Shown: positions 1-12,996, numbered from the whole stretch's first letter. The stretch is DNA of 61,561 nucleotides, filler included, from Circinaria calcarea (GCA_051942165.1; 17 parts of 17 records of this genome joined end to end with filler, not necessarily neighbours in it); one strand, 5' to 3'. Made by a program: numbers and translations. Notes: generated by a model from the sequence alone, not told the origin.

Positions 1-69
1 GGCAGCGCTGGTCCGAGACAGGAAAGAGGCAAGGATGACATGAACGGCAGCGGTACCGCTGTAGGTCAT
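1..69 (-). CDS. Possible 5' end of a secreted protein (signal peptide only, runs off window)
   Basis: ATG at 69-67 reads MTYSGTAAVHVILASFLSRTSAA: a hydrophobic core followed by small residues. Only 23 codons are visible. Confidence 0.3.
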   Translation of the reverse strand, partial: MTYSGTAAVHVILASFLSRTSAA

Positions 70-3000
70 TGTTGCTGCCAAGGCTCCTACTGCCAACCAC
101 TCATGTGATCTGACCATAAGACTGAAGCAAAGAAGCGAATAGAAAAGAAGTCGAGGGAGAAGGCCATATTGACCGTTGATAGGTAGTATACAATCCCATG
201 ATTTGATTCTAAAGGCCTCTGAAGTATCAAGTTGACTAGCGGCCTGCAAGGTCTGCCGCAACTCAACTAAAGGCGGCTGCACTGACATAATACTCTTAGG
301 ATGTAAGGCTGGCTCCGCACTCTTCGATTGGGGGCAATAGATTATGGATGGGGTTACAAATGGTAAAGCAGAAAGAAGGTGCAAATCCAAGAAAGACGAC
401 GTACCCTTTCTATACGACTTTGAAAGGAGGCTGAAGCTTCCCGGGCAGTGCAACCCCTGTTGCCTTTTCTTGTGCGACAGACGCAGAAGATTCTTCCCTC
501 TGACCCGGTCCTGTGGGAAATCGTCTTCAGCAAGTACTCAACAGGACCTCAGTTTCCTATCGGACCATTGAAAACGCAAGGAAATCTCCCATTTAATCTT
601 TATGCTTCCGGTAGCGATGAAATGTGCGGTAGAAGACAACAATAACCATCAGAGCAATATGTGTTCTGTACGACTTGAGACCCATACCTGCCATTATACA
701 GAGAACGCACGCGTGGTGGTGTGTTGTGGAGAGTGTATCTTGGCACGCTACTGTATGGCTTATTTGTCTCTTCCATCTGTAGCTTAAAACCTCACCCATT
801 CATGACAGCACGAATCCCTCTTTCGGCCGAGAGGATGTAGGAAATTTTTTAGCGTGCCAGCGCCTTCAGCTGGGGTACAAAGTGCTATACGTGAAAGTAG
901 ATTTCTCTGGTTTCACGTCTATCGAGTATCTCAGTGAAAAATCTACAACCCTGTTGCGTGTTTGGGGGGAAGGCCGGTGGAATTAAAAAATGCAAAAACC
1001 TAAACAAGACTCTAAAGACTTGGAGGTGATTGTGTTGCAAGTTTGTTCCTACATGGGACAAATCAAGAATTCTATGGGGGAATTCTCAAAATTTCTAATC
1101 TCCTAGCAACTCAATCAATGAACAGTGAATTTGCTTCATCTGGACAATGTTCATAAGTATCTCCGATTGCCCCATTATTTTCTACCTGCGAGCTCATTGC
1201 TGACGAACCATCCCCAACCCAAACCACTTCGCATACCTCCTTCCAATGCTATTCATCTTTCCCTTAAACATTCCACCTGCCCAGATGCAGCGGATTTCCT
1301 GCGTACCCCTGGCCCGCCCGCCAGCCTCTCAGCGAATTCTTTCAACTTATTTCCCCTTCCCCCGTCTAGACGAGTTGCTTTTTTGCTTTTGGGCGGAAGG
1401 ATTTTGATATCGTGTCCGGGGTTCTAATATCGTCCTCATCGAGCTCATGCATATCTTCAGCTTGTTATTGTTCTCGTGCGGCTTCAGTCTTTACCTTTCC
1501 CCTATTCGGCCTGTTCCCCGCCCTATCAACGCTTTCTTGGTAGAGCTGGCGATATGCATTATCGTCAGATCGTCTATTACATATATCTAGCTGTTTTGCC
1601 CTTGCCACTTGGTAATGGGAATAGTTATTGTCTTTCTTAGATCAGCCGTCGTACTCACCTTGTAGTTATTTCTCAAAAGTTGAATAGCAATAGTTACTAC
1701 CAGGTTCTGGAATTCTAACGTTTTATGATTGCTTCATGGAGACGCCCTTGGCCAATACTTAGATATTTACATCCTCTCGTTCCTTATCCCTCTTCATAAA
1801 AACGCATCAATTGTTCGGCGTTGTGACCCAAGCATACTACCCTTCGATTAAGCCTTTAGGGTGAACAGCACCGAGTTATACCTTGTAACCACGAGATAAA
1901 TCTATTATAGTATCCCCAAGGATGTTGCCTTACTGGTACTGTAGTAGTAATACCTCTATTATTCTGATATATCTTCATCGACGTTCCGGAACATTCTTAT
2001 ATCGCTGAGCTAATCACCCCGTCAGCTTCGTTTTAAATTGCCGTGTATGACATCGTTATGGAGATCACCTCTTGTCGACATTAGCCTACCCTTCTAACAC
2101 TCTGAGTTGTTGATGCTCGTGCGGAATCTATCATGTCGAGAGCATTTGTGTTCATACTCCTGGACCTTGATGGCTATAGAAGTCCTTTTTAAGTGAGCTC
2201 ACTGGAAACATGACTGGATGCTCCACAGAAGAATGAGCTGTGATATGAAGGAGGCGGTGGGGAATTGGAAAGCAGAGGGATAGAAGAAGAATGCGAGGTA
2301 GAAAGCACACAGAGACTGAAGATGCACAGTACATCAAGGCTTACCTATACAGAGATAGTGCCTGCTGTCCAGCGCCTTACTGAACCAACAATCTTGGCGT
2401 GCTCTGCAACTATCGAAGTCCTACGCATCATTCGACTCTCGAGAAGCGTCGCGATAGCCACAGCAGACACAACTGACGGCAACATCCGAAAGATACCGTA
2501 TATATGACCGAAACGCTGGGAGCGCATGACTTGAAGTCAAGAAAAGAACGGAAAGGAAAAACCGGGCGAATGGATACACGGCTGGAAGGCAAGAGAGATG
2601 AAGACGGTCAAGTCTGCAGCGATCATGCGAAGATCTCATAAAGAGTTATACTGAGGAATTGGATTGATCTGCGAATGGCAATACACCTAGGATCAGTCAC
2701 AAAGGGCACAAAGGGCACAAAGAGCACATGCTGGAGCTGCAGCTTGCTGCAGTCTTTCTGGACGGCGTACTGGGATGGACCTGCGTATAATGGATTGCTC
2801 GGAGCGGTCGACAGACCGAAATGCCCTTCATTAACTCTCCTATATTTCGCACCTTGTCGAAGAGAGTCAACAACTTCCAATGAAGGCCGTGGCTTGAACC
2901 AACCATTTTGGGAACTCAGATCCAAGGGGTAAAATTCAACAATTACCGCGCCTAGTAGGCTACTCCAGGCAATCTACAAAACAGGCATTTCCCATTAGTC

Positions 3001-3540
3001 ATCGAGGATGCTGGCGGTCTCGGATCCGGTGGTTATCTCTGGACGACGGTACGACAACCAATTCTGGTAAATGACCCAGGCCAGCGGGCAAACCAGAGTT
3101 TGAAGAAGGCCGATGATCGAGATTGCTTGATTCCTTGACCTGGTACCGAGGTTAGGGCTAGTACAAAGGTCAAACCGGAGCAGAGGCTCGACTGTCAATT
3201 TCCAGCAGACTATAGTGCAGCGATCCAATGAGTCAGTGCAGCTTGCAAACAAAGTCGAACCTACCACCAGTACTCAAGTGCCAAGAAGACTCGAGTATTA
3301 GATCTTGGTAACAAGAGGGAGTCAATTCAGAGTGCATATCGGACCGATCCACGTATCAAGAAAATCTTGAGTGCCAGTGCTATTATCAGCACTCCATCCA
3401 ACGGCCCAGCTCAGTCTAATGAAAGGAATGATATATATCATTAACCAGCAAGGCTTGCAACAGTCCCGAGGTCAAGCAAAACAGACGTCCAATATCATAA
3501 AAAAGCTAAGGCGGCCATTTGGTGGAGAAGTCAAGAAGCG

Positions 3541-3640
3541 NNNNNNNNNNNNNNNNNNNNNNNNNNNNNNNNNNNNNNNNNNNNTTAATTAATTAANNNN
3601 NNNNNNNNNNNNNNNNNNNNNNNNNNNNNNNNNNNNNNNN
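3541..3640. other. Artificial contig-joining spacer (first of 16)
   Basis: N44-TTAATTAATTAA-N44, which puts stops in all six frames. Repeated at 7179-7278, 10814-10913, 14448-14547, 18082-18181, 21714-21813, 25345-25444, 28972-29071, 32598-32697, 36223-36322, 39847-39946, 43470-43569, 47091-47190, 50712-50811, 54330-54429 and 57946-58045. Intervening contig lengths never increase (3540 to 3516). Confidence 0.98.
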
Positions 3641-4391
3641 CTCGATCTCCTGTAGAATGTTGCTCGCTTTAATGTCTAGGTTAATTATCAGCTGTAACCG
3701 AGATACAATAGTCTCTCCAGTGACCGTCCTGATTCAAAAATGGTGCAAATATGACGTACCGGTATGTATGACCTTGCATTCACTGTGGAGGTAATCCAGT
3801 GCAAGAAAGATATACATCAAAGCACCTTTCAGTAGAGCTTCGGTGAACTTCCGTTGCGAATGGCGCCTTTGAAGATCGAACAGGCTCATCCACAAGGGCT
3901 TATGAACAAGGCATTGATGATGACCATGACACCAGGAAATCTCAAAGGAGTCGAGTATCGTTCTAACACAGGATCGACCAGGGTGAGAAATATTGGCTGC
4001 ACTCAAGTGTTTGTAGATTTCGACTTCTCTATTCACTTCGTTTGCTTCATGGCTACGAGTGTAGACCTTGACGGTAGCATAACGATTTGACCTTTCGAAG
4101 ATTTAGTATACGGAATGCCAGGTCTTGCTGCGGCTGTACAAACTTGAGATCCCGTGATAGCCACACTGTGGAGTTTGCTCCATATCCAAGTTTACCTAGA
4201 ATTCGATATTTCGAATTAAGAACTTCGCCAATGCGAACAGGGTAGAAATCGGCAGCAGAATAGCCCGGAAGTTTCTCCTCCTCGAGCTTCTGTGGAGTAT
4301 GCATAATGGAGTAATTGAGTCCTTGACAACGTCTTTGTGTGAGATATAAGTTTTGATAACATTGGTTTCTCCATCGTATGATTCTTCGCAT
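3641..4391 (-). CDS. SRPK/Sky1-like CMGC protein kinase, 3' truncated, 2 introns
   Basis: EEEKLPGYSAADFYPVRIGEVLNSKYRILGKLGYGANSTVWLSRD (Gly-rich loop), then spliced YATVKV (VAIK lysine), HQCLVHKPLWMSL and LALDYLH..IHT|DIKASN (catalytic loop across intron 2). Start codon uncertain (4391 or 4303). Confidence 0.9.
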
Positions 4392-4820
4392 AGCCGCTGT
4401 ACACTACAACATGGTCTGAGGAGGTATCTTAGGCAAGGTGTCGCGTCGGGGCTAGTATGGTAGTTTTGACGCGAATGCAGCGCCGGCGCGATAATAGATT
4501 TGAATTTCCAACGCTATTGATTATTCTGTCCTTTCAGGCAATAAGAGGCGGTGCATCGACTAAGTCTAGGTTCGGTCCTACAGCTAATCTGATATGAACT
4601 CTTCAAATAATCGTCATTAGTGCCTAGCGAACCCGGAATAAGAATGTGAGCGGCTATAATTACCATTCATGGATTGGTCGCTTACGGGGTTGTTTTCATC
4701 TACTGTACATAAGATGGACTTCTCTCAGAACATATTACCCGTTACCTTTGGTTGCATTTCTCTGAAGCATATTTTCTCTACGATAATTTATACATTTGCA
4801 AACCCTTTGTCACTGAAGAT

Positions 4821-5266
4821 ATGCAGTCTACCAGGGCACTCCTCATTCAGTTTGTCGGTAAAGTTAGCCTGGATGATATCAAGGACGCAACGTGGCGTGC
4901 TGCCGTCAAGACGTTTGCAGACAAGGAGGAGAAAAATGTATGTGAGGGGAATCCCACAAACGACAAGTTCATCAGCCAACGAGAGAGTTGGACTAACTTG
5001 CTAATTTAGGACCCAAGAATGAAGAAAGCAGAAGTCAAGTACACCACCTTAGACCTGATTCTTTCCCGGGTATATTAGTGACGAAGCATTCAAGGGGCTC
5101 CCAACCACACAAATCGCATGATGACCCCGAGGACGAGGAGGACGTTATCTCCGTTCGAATGCATGATGAGCAAGGCCGCCGCCTCGGTACATTCCATGTG
5201 CATAAAGATGGAAGCGGGAAGTTAGCTCATTCGAGGCGTGGGAAGTCAGGATCAGGGGCGGAGTAG
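4821..5266 (+). CDS. Small uncharacterised protein, about 105 aa, 2 introns
   Basis: Splicing GTATGT..TTTAG and GTACAC..TCAAG gives MQSTRALLIQFVGKVSLDDIKDATWRAAVKTFADKEEKN|DPRMKKAEVK|GSQPHKSHDDPEDEEDVISVRMHDEQGRRLGTFHVHKDGSGKLAHSRRGKSGSGAE in frame. Confidence 0.6.
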
Positions 5267-5825
5267 TCGACGAAGAAGGAAACTCTGATGGTGGCAAGGA
5301 CACATTGACTCAATTAGGAGGCGAGTCGCGTGGGAATCTACTCAGCAAGATTGTTCCAGACGTTATAGCCAATGTGTAGCGAGGAGGATGGGAGTAAGCG
5401 GTGTGGTCAAACCTTTAGGGACTATGGCAGGCTCACGAAGAGTTTCCAATGGACGGCCAGACTTTCAACAATAACTGCTCGAGTGAGACCTTATAAGGGA
5501 GCGACAGCCCAACCCACTTAGATGTTTGTCCCTTGGAGGAACATCGAACGCAAGACACCTGCACCAGCGATACTCGACTACGAACTCTGCACTCCAAACT
5601 CATGGCTCAAATCCCAAAAGCTCGCCTTATACATCAACACCGCCGATTCTAAAATATCATCCATCCGACCAGCAAGTCCCTACCCTCCTCATAGCTCTAT
5701 GACATGTCACCCCCGTAACCTATGAAGCTTCCCAAACCCCGTCCGATTTATACCGAGAGCTCGCTTTACCCCCTCGCTTCACTACTTACTCTACCGCCTC
5801 GAGTCCCAGCCCATGACCAGTCCTT

Positions 5826-6476
5826 TCAGTGACCTTCAAGCGACGGTAGTAGTACAGAGAGTAGTAAGGCAACATCCGTCACGAAAAGTAATGAGCTGCT
5901 GACGGCTGTATCAACTATTGTAGATGGAGGAGTCCGATGGCCTGTTGGCGCGATAGTGACGGTGCCGACCCATTGGCCGGTGATTGAAGTGGTTCTAACG
6001 CACACGCCGAATTTGCATAGGGGTAGATGGGAGGAACTAGCATCCGGTGGTGTCATGATTACAGACTTGGTATGGTAGCGGTGTATGTGCCTGGTACTAT
6101 GACAGCCGAAGATGGTACGTGCACTATTGACGCACTGTTGTCCATAAGTCACACGGATCTTAAACAAGAACGGCCCCAAAAAGAGCATAGATTGGGGTTC
6201 TCACCTGGTAGATTACCTGTTAATACTGTGAAGCGGGCTTGTAAGGAACGACAATGAAATAAATTGGCTGACGTAATGACGTTGAAAAAAATAGAGGCAA
6301 CAGTCGTGCAGTCTTGACCCTGGGAGCAGCAGATATGTCGTTGCTAAAAGGAGTACAAGATATTTGTGCCCCGCTGCAGAATTTGGAGTTTCCAGTACAA
6401 GGCGGGTAGCCACTAGAATAGTGATACAAACAACACATACTCGGTCATCAAGCCGGACGAAGTACCGAGCAATCAT
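5826..6476 (-). pseudogene. Possible decayed MFS (Dal5/allantoate permease-like) transporter fragment
   Basis: Hydrophobic pieces in different ORFs (LVLLLATTYLLLPGSRL, YVSQFISLSFLTS, MLFLGPFLFK) loosely resemble the C-terminal half of ACS-family MFS proteins. Interrupted by stops. Weak. Confidence 0.25.
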
Positions 6477-7560
6477 TTCAGGTGATAGAGTATCAAAGAA
6501 AACACGGATCAGATGCCGCAGAAACGAAGTTTGAATGAGACAGAGAATGCGGCTAGGATTTCGGACCTGACAGCGTTCCTTTCGGTGATGAATGGGAGAT
6601 GGAAAGGCTAGAAAAGAAGTAACATCTCACATACAAAAGAGCAGGATGTCAAGTAACATTGCAACACAGGCAAAGCTTGCAGGCCCTACTTTGAGCCTGC
6701 CTGTAGGTAGCGTACTCCATTAACAACGTAAGGTAGTGAAACATCCCAGTCAAGACAGGCAATGAAAGGGAAAGCCTATTGTATAAGGGGGGCTGTAGCT
6801 GCGATTAGATCCTAAAGCTATATGCTGAATAAGAACCAGAGCTCAGCCATGATTCAAGGTGAAATCATGCATATGATGTCAGGTAGTCTCGGATACCTTC
6901 GTACTATCTAATGCTGAGTAGCTTGATCGAGAAGGGAGAAGCACATGAGATCTAGTTGCAACACATAGGAATGAAGTGGACGATCTTCCGTCGAGCCTCC
7001 TCTTCTCTATTGCTATGCTTGACCTACAAATTGCAGCCCTTGCAGGGGATTGGAACCGCCTGACGTAATATATTGTGCGGCAGCTTGCATCATGTCTCCC
7101 ATCTCTTTCCAGTTTAAGGGATGACCAGAAGATCTAATAGCAGCATTATTAGTTACAATAACATTACGCAGATAAGCTNNNNNNNNNNNNNNNNNNNNNN
7201 NNNNNNNNNNNNNNNNNNNNNNTTAATTAATTAANNNNNNNNNNNNNNNNNNNNNNNNNNNNNNNNNNNNNNNNNNNNCCCCCCCCCTTTTCTTATATCT
7301 CCCCGGGGGGCGCCCCCCATTCGATTCCACAATGCGCCCAATTCCAATATCCGTAACTAACACCCGCACGGTCCAAATATCCCCAATGCGTCGCGCCTTC
7401 CCTCCCCCAACCAGCAAAAATTCCAAATAGGTATCTTGACAAGAAACCCCGTGCTTCAACAATAATGAAATGAGAAGAAAAAAATACTTCGTACTCGACA
7501 AACAGTAGACTTGGCAAAATCCGCCCGTCTTCTCACCCGGGCTTTCTGTTAGTTAAAAAG

Positions 7561-10477
7561 TCACTTGGAGAGGAAATTAGATTTCGTAATCCACACCCCG
7601 TCCTTCCCCATTCCCGTGAACCCCGCCTCCCCACTAGCGCCACCACCACCAGTGCCTACGCTCCCCGGCCTATGCGTCTTCTTCCTCAACTCTTTCCCTT
7701 TCGGAACGATAATCACCTTCTCGCTGATGGTTTTCCGATGGCCCTTGCCACCACCGACAAAGCTCCCACCTCCGCCCCCAAAGACCTTTCTCCACGGACT
7801 GCTCTTTCCCGAAGTTCGGTCGACCGTGGTGCCGTCTTGGCTGACTAGAGGGTGTGGTGCGGTGGGCAATCCATTCGGGGTGCGTGGAGTGGGGATGGAA
7901 AAGGGTTGACTGTGAAAGTAGTGCGCGCGGAAGGGTGCGGAGGTGTTGGTCGCGGATGTCCGTGCCGAGCCCTGGGTTGAAGGGGGAGACTCGGGAGGAA
8001 TGGACGTGGAGGGGGTATCGTAGGAGGCGGCCGGTGTGGACCTGAGGAAGTCCATGAGATCAGAGGAGATTGAGCTCGTATGGTTATGGGATGATGGGGC
8101 TTTTGCAAAGGAGGCTTGATGCTGAGTCGTGGAAGCGTTGATGGTTGTTTCACTGTTCGTGTTGGAGTCAGGGTGGGGCGTCATGCTTGGAAGCAGAGAC
8201 CTATGGCGCACCACAGGAGGAGGAGTAGTACCGGGGGAATTGGTTGGAGAAAGTGCCGGAAGTGGAAGGTGCGTCAGCTCTAGAGGTGCAGATTTAGGAC
8301 CGGAAAAGCTATTACGTAGTCGTAGACGGAGAGGAGAGGGTGCTGCAGATGATTGTGCAGGTGGTGGAGAAAGGGCGACGGGAGCAGGAGAGTTCGAAAA
8401 TAGTGATGACGGGAGGCCATTGGGTGAGTAATTCGAGGATGGCTGCTCTCGAGGTGGATATGGTGTAGGTGACTTGGCCTCGGACGAATAGACTGACGAT
8501 CCAGATTTAGGCATGAAGGACGGACTCTGACCGACGTGAAGTGAGCTTGTTCGTTTTGCCGCTGAGGGTCCATGGTCTTTTTGCCGGGAGGATTCTCGAG
8601 AAAGCACCTCAGTACTGCGGTAATTACGAAGTGGTAAATCTCTCAGTGTAGGCTTCAGGGGGCTTCCTGCTGCGTTGCTCATAAAACGAACTTCTTTCGG
8701 CCGAATATCCCGTAGGAGAGGATGATTATCATTGGGACTCCTATTCGTAATCTCTGAGGGTACAGGAATTGATCCACCGCCCACGGGTGATCCGATAGAT
8801 TTTCTCCTAGACGGTACAGAGCTAGCTGATTCAGGGTATTGTAACTGGGAAAACTTAGTCTCCGCTGAAACGGAAGCCGTAGCTTCAGCAGTGGTATGAG
8901 AATCTATCGATCTTTTCATCTGATCTATAAATTCCAGATTCCCACTGGGGGAAGATGATCTTCTAACCTGACGGCCTGACGATCCTAGATGCTCCGCGTT
9001 TAGTTTTGGACTCGATTTTCCAGCCGTACGTGAAGTGGTTCCTTCGGGTCCTCGGCCTTGGATTGGCAAAGGGCTCAAACTGTCAAGCTCCTCGTAATCT
9101 TTGAAGAAGGAGAGCTTTCGCGTTAGCGAACGGGTTCGTTCGGAAATCGACACTCTACGTGATGGTTGCTTGGAAGGCTGCGAGGGGTTTGCCTGCTCGG
9201 CCAAGTTTAACGGTTTATCTCGCGCTACTGTGTTCCCGGGTAGCTCTGCCCGTCCTTGCAAGGAGGTATTAAGCATCTCAATGTCCTTTGAAGACTTCTT
9301 CTTCAGCTTTCTTGTCGAGTTACTTTTCGGAATGTGTACCGATTCATGTTTGGGCTGCTGCACGGTACCCTTATTTAGTCTTGTACTGCTGTCGTCGTGT
9401 AGCTGGGGTTGTGGTAAGGTATCGCTAGGTGCTCTTGGCAAAGGCTTACGAGGCGATTGTAAAGGTGGTGTCACTGTCGTAGAAGTGAAAGAGACTGTTT
9501 GGGGCTCGACGAAATATTTGCCCTCAACAGATCGGGCAGGGACCTTGGGGTGTGAGCGGATGGGTAATGCAACTAGTTCAGCCGCTCTCACTTACCAGAT
9601 TCTTCCGGCTGGCAAACCCTGCCCTCTTCTGTATTTCGGCGATAATGCTCTCGAGCCGTACCAACGCAGCCCCTAACTTATTGCCTTTCTGTTGTAAGGT
9701 CAAGAAGGCTCGAGTCCAGCCTTCGGTATTCCCAATCATGGCAAGGTACACCGATTCATGCTCTTCAGATTGGTCAGTCCACGTCCTCTCCAGCCTTGTT
9801 AAATATTTTGCCAGTTCTCTTGTCGCATCTAAACCCTTTTGGACGTCTTTCAGGGCATCCTTCATTGCCGTGGCTGTTCGATCAACAATGTGTTCAATTT
9901 TTTCGTTTCCCTGCACGATAGCTATTCTGAAGGCTCGGTCATTCAGCATAGTATCGAACACCTGTCCGTGCTCTAGTGGCAGGTTCAGATATCGTATCCG
10001 CTCGTTGATGTCATTTTGCGCGAGATCAAAGTCCTCGGTCGTTCGCTCCAAGAAGCCATCAACCTCGTCCACGTGATTTTGTAAGATCTTGATCACCTCT
10101 TCGTCTGATTTGGCTAAGGCTTGGGAGAGAAGATGCATCCCGAACGAGATTTGAGCTACGAGCTTCCATAGCGGATGAAACTTCTCGCCCGGCTTCTGCT
10201 TCCAACGACCAGCCACCGTCCTTTCGTATTTTTCTTGCTCCAGCAGCATCTTCCGCCTACTGATTGAATCTGCCTTCGAGTAGCGGTTGTCGAGCTCCGG
10301 TTCTGCCATTTCGGCCATGGTTTCCATGATCGATTCCTCAAAGGCGCCCTGCATGGTTGGCACCGGATGCTGGGGCGGTTGGTTCTCCATTGGACTGCCC
10401 GGCTCACTTTCGTCGTCTCTCTGCGTGACTTTGGTGGAGGAGAGCCACTCAGCCTCGGCGGGCGCAGCGAAAGCCAT
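7561..10477 (-). CDS. Uncharacterised protein, about 954 aa: helical N-terminal domain plus long S/P-rich disordered tail; 1 intron (9544-9595)
   Basis: ORFs 9578-10477 and 7561-9591 join in frame through a 52-nt GTAAGT..CTCAC..AAG intron (RKNL|VPARS). The N-terminal block (FHPLWKLVAQISFGMHLL...VDEVDGFLERTTEDFDLA) looks like a conserved Pezizomycotina domain. No function recognised. Confidence 0.8.
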
Positions 10478-11670
10478 GTCGTGGTCGGTTGCGCCGTATC
10501 AGGCTCGGCTGTTGCGGTTTCAGTCTTGGCGGGGTTGAGCCAACTTCGGGATCATTTTCAGTGTGAAGGGCTACTCTGCGCTATGTTCTTCCCTCGCTAT
10601 AGCAGCCTCATGAGCTTTTCAAGGCGGTAATCGGTTTCAGGTCTGAAGGGTGGAATGCCCATGGCTTGGAGCTTGCCCCAAGCGCTCCAGTGGTACCTCA
10701 AACCGGATCGTGAGCTGTCCTAGTTGATGCGACAAGTGTGCCAATGCACCTGGTAATGAGCTCAAATGGAAGCGATGCTGTGTCCAGGCAGAGGCAGGCA
10801 ACAGAGTGCGTGANNNNNNNNNNNNNNNNNNNNNNNNNNNNNNNNNNNNNNNNNNNNTTAATTAATTAANNNNNNNNNNNNNNNNNNNNNNNNNNNNNNN
10901 NNNNNNNNNNNNNAGGGGTATGAGAGGGAAGATGGGGGTCCCTGACTGGGTTAGCGAGGCCGGGAGCAAGGTTAGCAGCCGGTTCAGCTGGTTGGGAAGT
11001 GCGAGTTTGGGAAAGGGATAGGGGCCCTAAGAAAGGGACTTCGGAAGTGTGGAGCAAATCAGGCTTCTTCAACACATGAGGGAATTACATTGGAGAAGGG
11101 ATCTTGGGTATTTCGGGTACGGTATTAAAGCGACCAGCTCCTTCGCATCATAGGTGGTTTGAGGTTTGCGGTGGAGGATGGCATCCTAGCGACACCCACC
11201 GGCCTAGTTGGTCAGTTGTTCCAATAGAAATGGAGGGTATTCGTGGGCCGGACCAGGGATTGCCTTCAATCAAGAATCTTCTTCCCGGGCTTTTGACAGG
11301 TCCCTTTCTGTGGTTTGAACGCTCACTAGTTAGTAGCTGTGGATGCCCTCGTCTCTCACTGTGCAGATTCAACCATCTAGAATTTGGATTTACGAACTCG
11401 AAAATAAGCACGAGGCTTGCCGGGTTTTGCGTCAGGGCACATTGTCATGGAATGTTGTTTCATCTGCAACGACGGTCTTGTATAAATTGATCACTCTATC
11501 ATTTTAATCATATTTTCTGCATACATTTTCATTGACCCTTATTCCGCATCAAAAACTACAAAGACTTTCACGAAACACATGAAGGAACAATCTCCATTTC
11601 AAAGAAAAGCTTTATGTATACCTACCTCCTTCTACTCACACCTTTCTTTTCTCCCACTCACCTCACCCAC

Positions 11671-11853
11671 CTAATGCCCCCTCCTCTCCGCCCTCCTCCT
11701 CTCCCTCGCAATGCAACTCGGGCACTTGGGGTCGATGTACTCGGTTGATGTTTGCAGCCTGCATAAGACGCCTTCGTCCAGGCGCCAGCAGTCGTAGGTT
11801 CGGGTGCTGCAGTGGCAGCCGCAAGAGTAGTAGATGGTGTGGAGGCGGCACAT
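11671..11853 (-). CDS. Small Cys-rich protein, 60 aa (putative Zn-binding)
   Basis: MCRLHTIYYSCGCHCSTRTYDCWRLDEGVLCRLQTSTEYIDPKCPSCIARERRRAERRGH: MC..Y.CG..C..C..CxxC pattern with a basic tail. Good ACCATG start context. Confidence 0.6.
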   Translation of the reverse strand: MCRLHTIYYSCGCHCSTRTYDCWRLDEGVLCRLQTSTEYIDPKCPSCIARERRRAERRGH

Positions 11854-12606
11854 GGTTAAGATGTGGCGTTGAGAGCTGGAGTATGCTGGGAAGGTCAGTC
11901 TTTTAAGCGTTCTAGTGAAGGTATTGGGTTTTGATTTGGGTTTGGGAGTGATGTGGAGTAGGTCTTTTGAGGAGGGAGGAGGTGGGGTATAATATAGGGA
12001 TTCGGGAGGAGCTGGGAAAATGGATAGTTGGGGAATGGATAAGGGAGAATAATGAATTGATAAAGGAGATGGAAAGGGATTGTAGTAAATAGGGTCCCTT
12101 TCTTTGTTGTTCATTGCTTGCATTGTGTTGTTCGCTGGAGCCAAACAATGTCTTTGTTCGTTGGGTTGTGAAACCTTCGAAACCCATGTATGCTTGTGCT
12201 CTGCGGCATTTTGAGAACGAGAGAGAAGTAAGCTTGGTGCTAGGGAGGGAGTCCCGCAGTGGTAGCTAAAGCCCAAGACTCGAGTCCTTAGACATGCTTG
12301 AGTAATGTAGCCTATACCTCTAGCCTTGCTTTTTCTCTACTCTTCTATGGCTCCACTTCTTTTGGACTCTTATGAACAAGGTAGTACACTCTACTACGAA
12401 GGTAGACGTGGTCTCCTCTTTACGTGCATACCATAAACGTGTGCAGCCTACTTTGAAAAAGTTAGTTGAAGCATACAGTGACCAGGGCGCAAAATTCGCA
12501 AGGTGTGTTTACTTCAGCAACTTTCCCAATGCCGTCATCTCATAAAATCTTATTCTCCCAACCAGCATCCCCCTTTTCCCTACCCCTCCCGACTCAAATC
12601 TCAATC

Positions 12607-12996
12607 CTAATCCGTCTCCGCCATCCCACTCGCATGCTCCTGCATAATCAAATACGCCAAACCCGCCGCCCCAGCAATCGGAATGCTAAACCACCAATAC
12701 CCCAACACAAGCTCCCACCAATCGATATTCCAGCCCCCAATGGCTCCAATCGCCAAAGCCACTGCGACGCCCAGCACCCCGATCGCCACGCGCCCCTGGA
12801 TGATATCGAGGCCGAGGACGTAGGCCATGGAAATGGCGCCGCAGAGGAGGAGCGCGAGGAGGAGGTGCGATTGCAGCTTCCGCGTGACGGGGGCTTGGTC
12901 GAGGGAGGGGAGGAAGTCGGGGTCGGTGAGCGTGGAGATAGCGGTGGAAGGCTTGGGGGCACCGGAGCGGGTGTGGTTGGAGTCGGAGGGAGCCAT
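12607..12996 (-). CDS. Small membrane protein, 129 aa, about 3 TM helices
   Basis: CACCATGG start context and three hydrophobic segments (LLLALLLCGAISMAYVLGL; VAIGVLGVAVALAIGAIGG; WWFSIPIAGAAGLAYLI). Confidence 0.6.
   Translation of the reverse strand: MAPSDSNHTRSGAPKPSTAISTLTDPDFLPSLDQAPVTRKLQSHLLLALLLCGAISMAYVLGLDIIQGRVAIGVLGVAVALAIGAIGGWNIDWWELVLGYWWFSIPIAGAAGLAYLIMQEHASGMAETD

Noticed and set aside
5690..5760. Cytochrome P450 relic (HPRNL*SFPNPVRFIPR, PERF-like)
   Set aside because: Single short motif with no ExxR or heme-Cys motif nearby.
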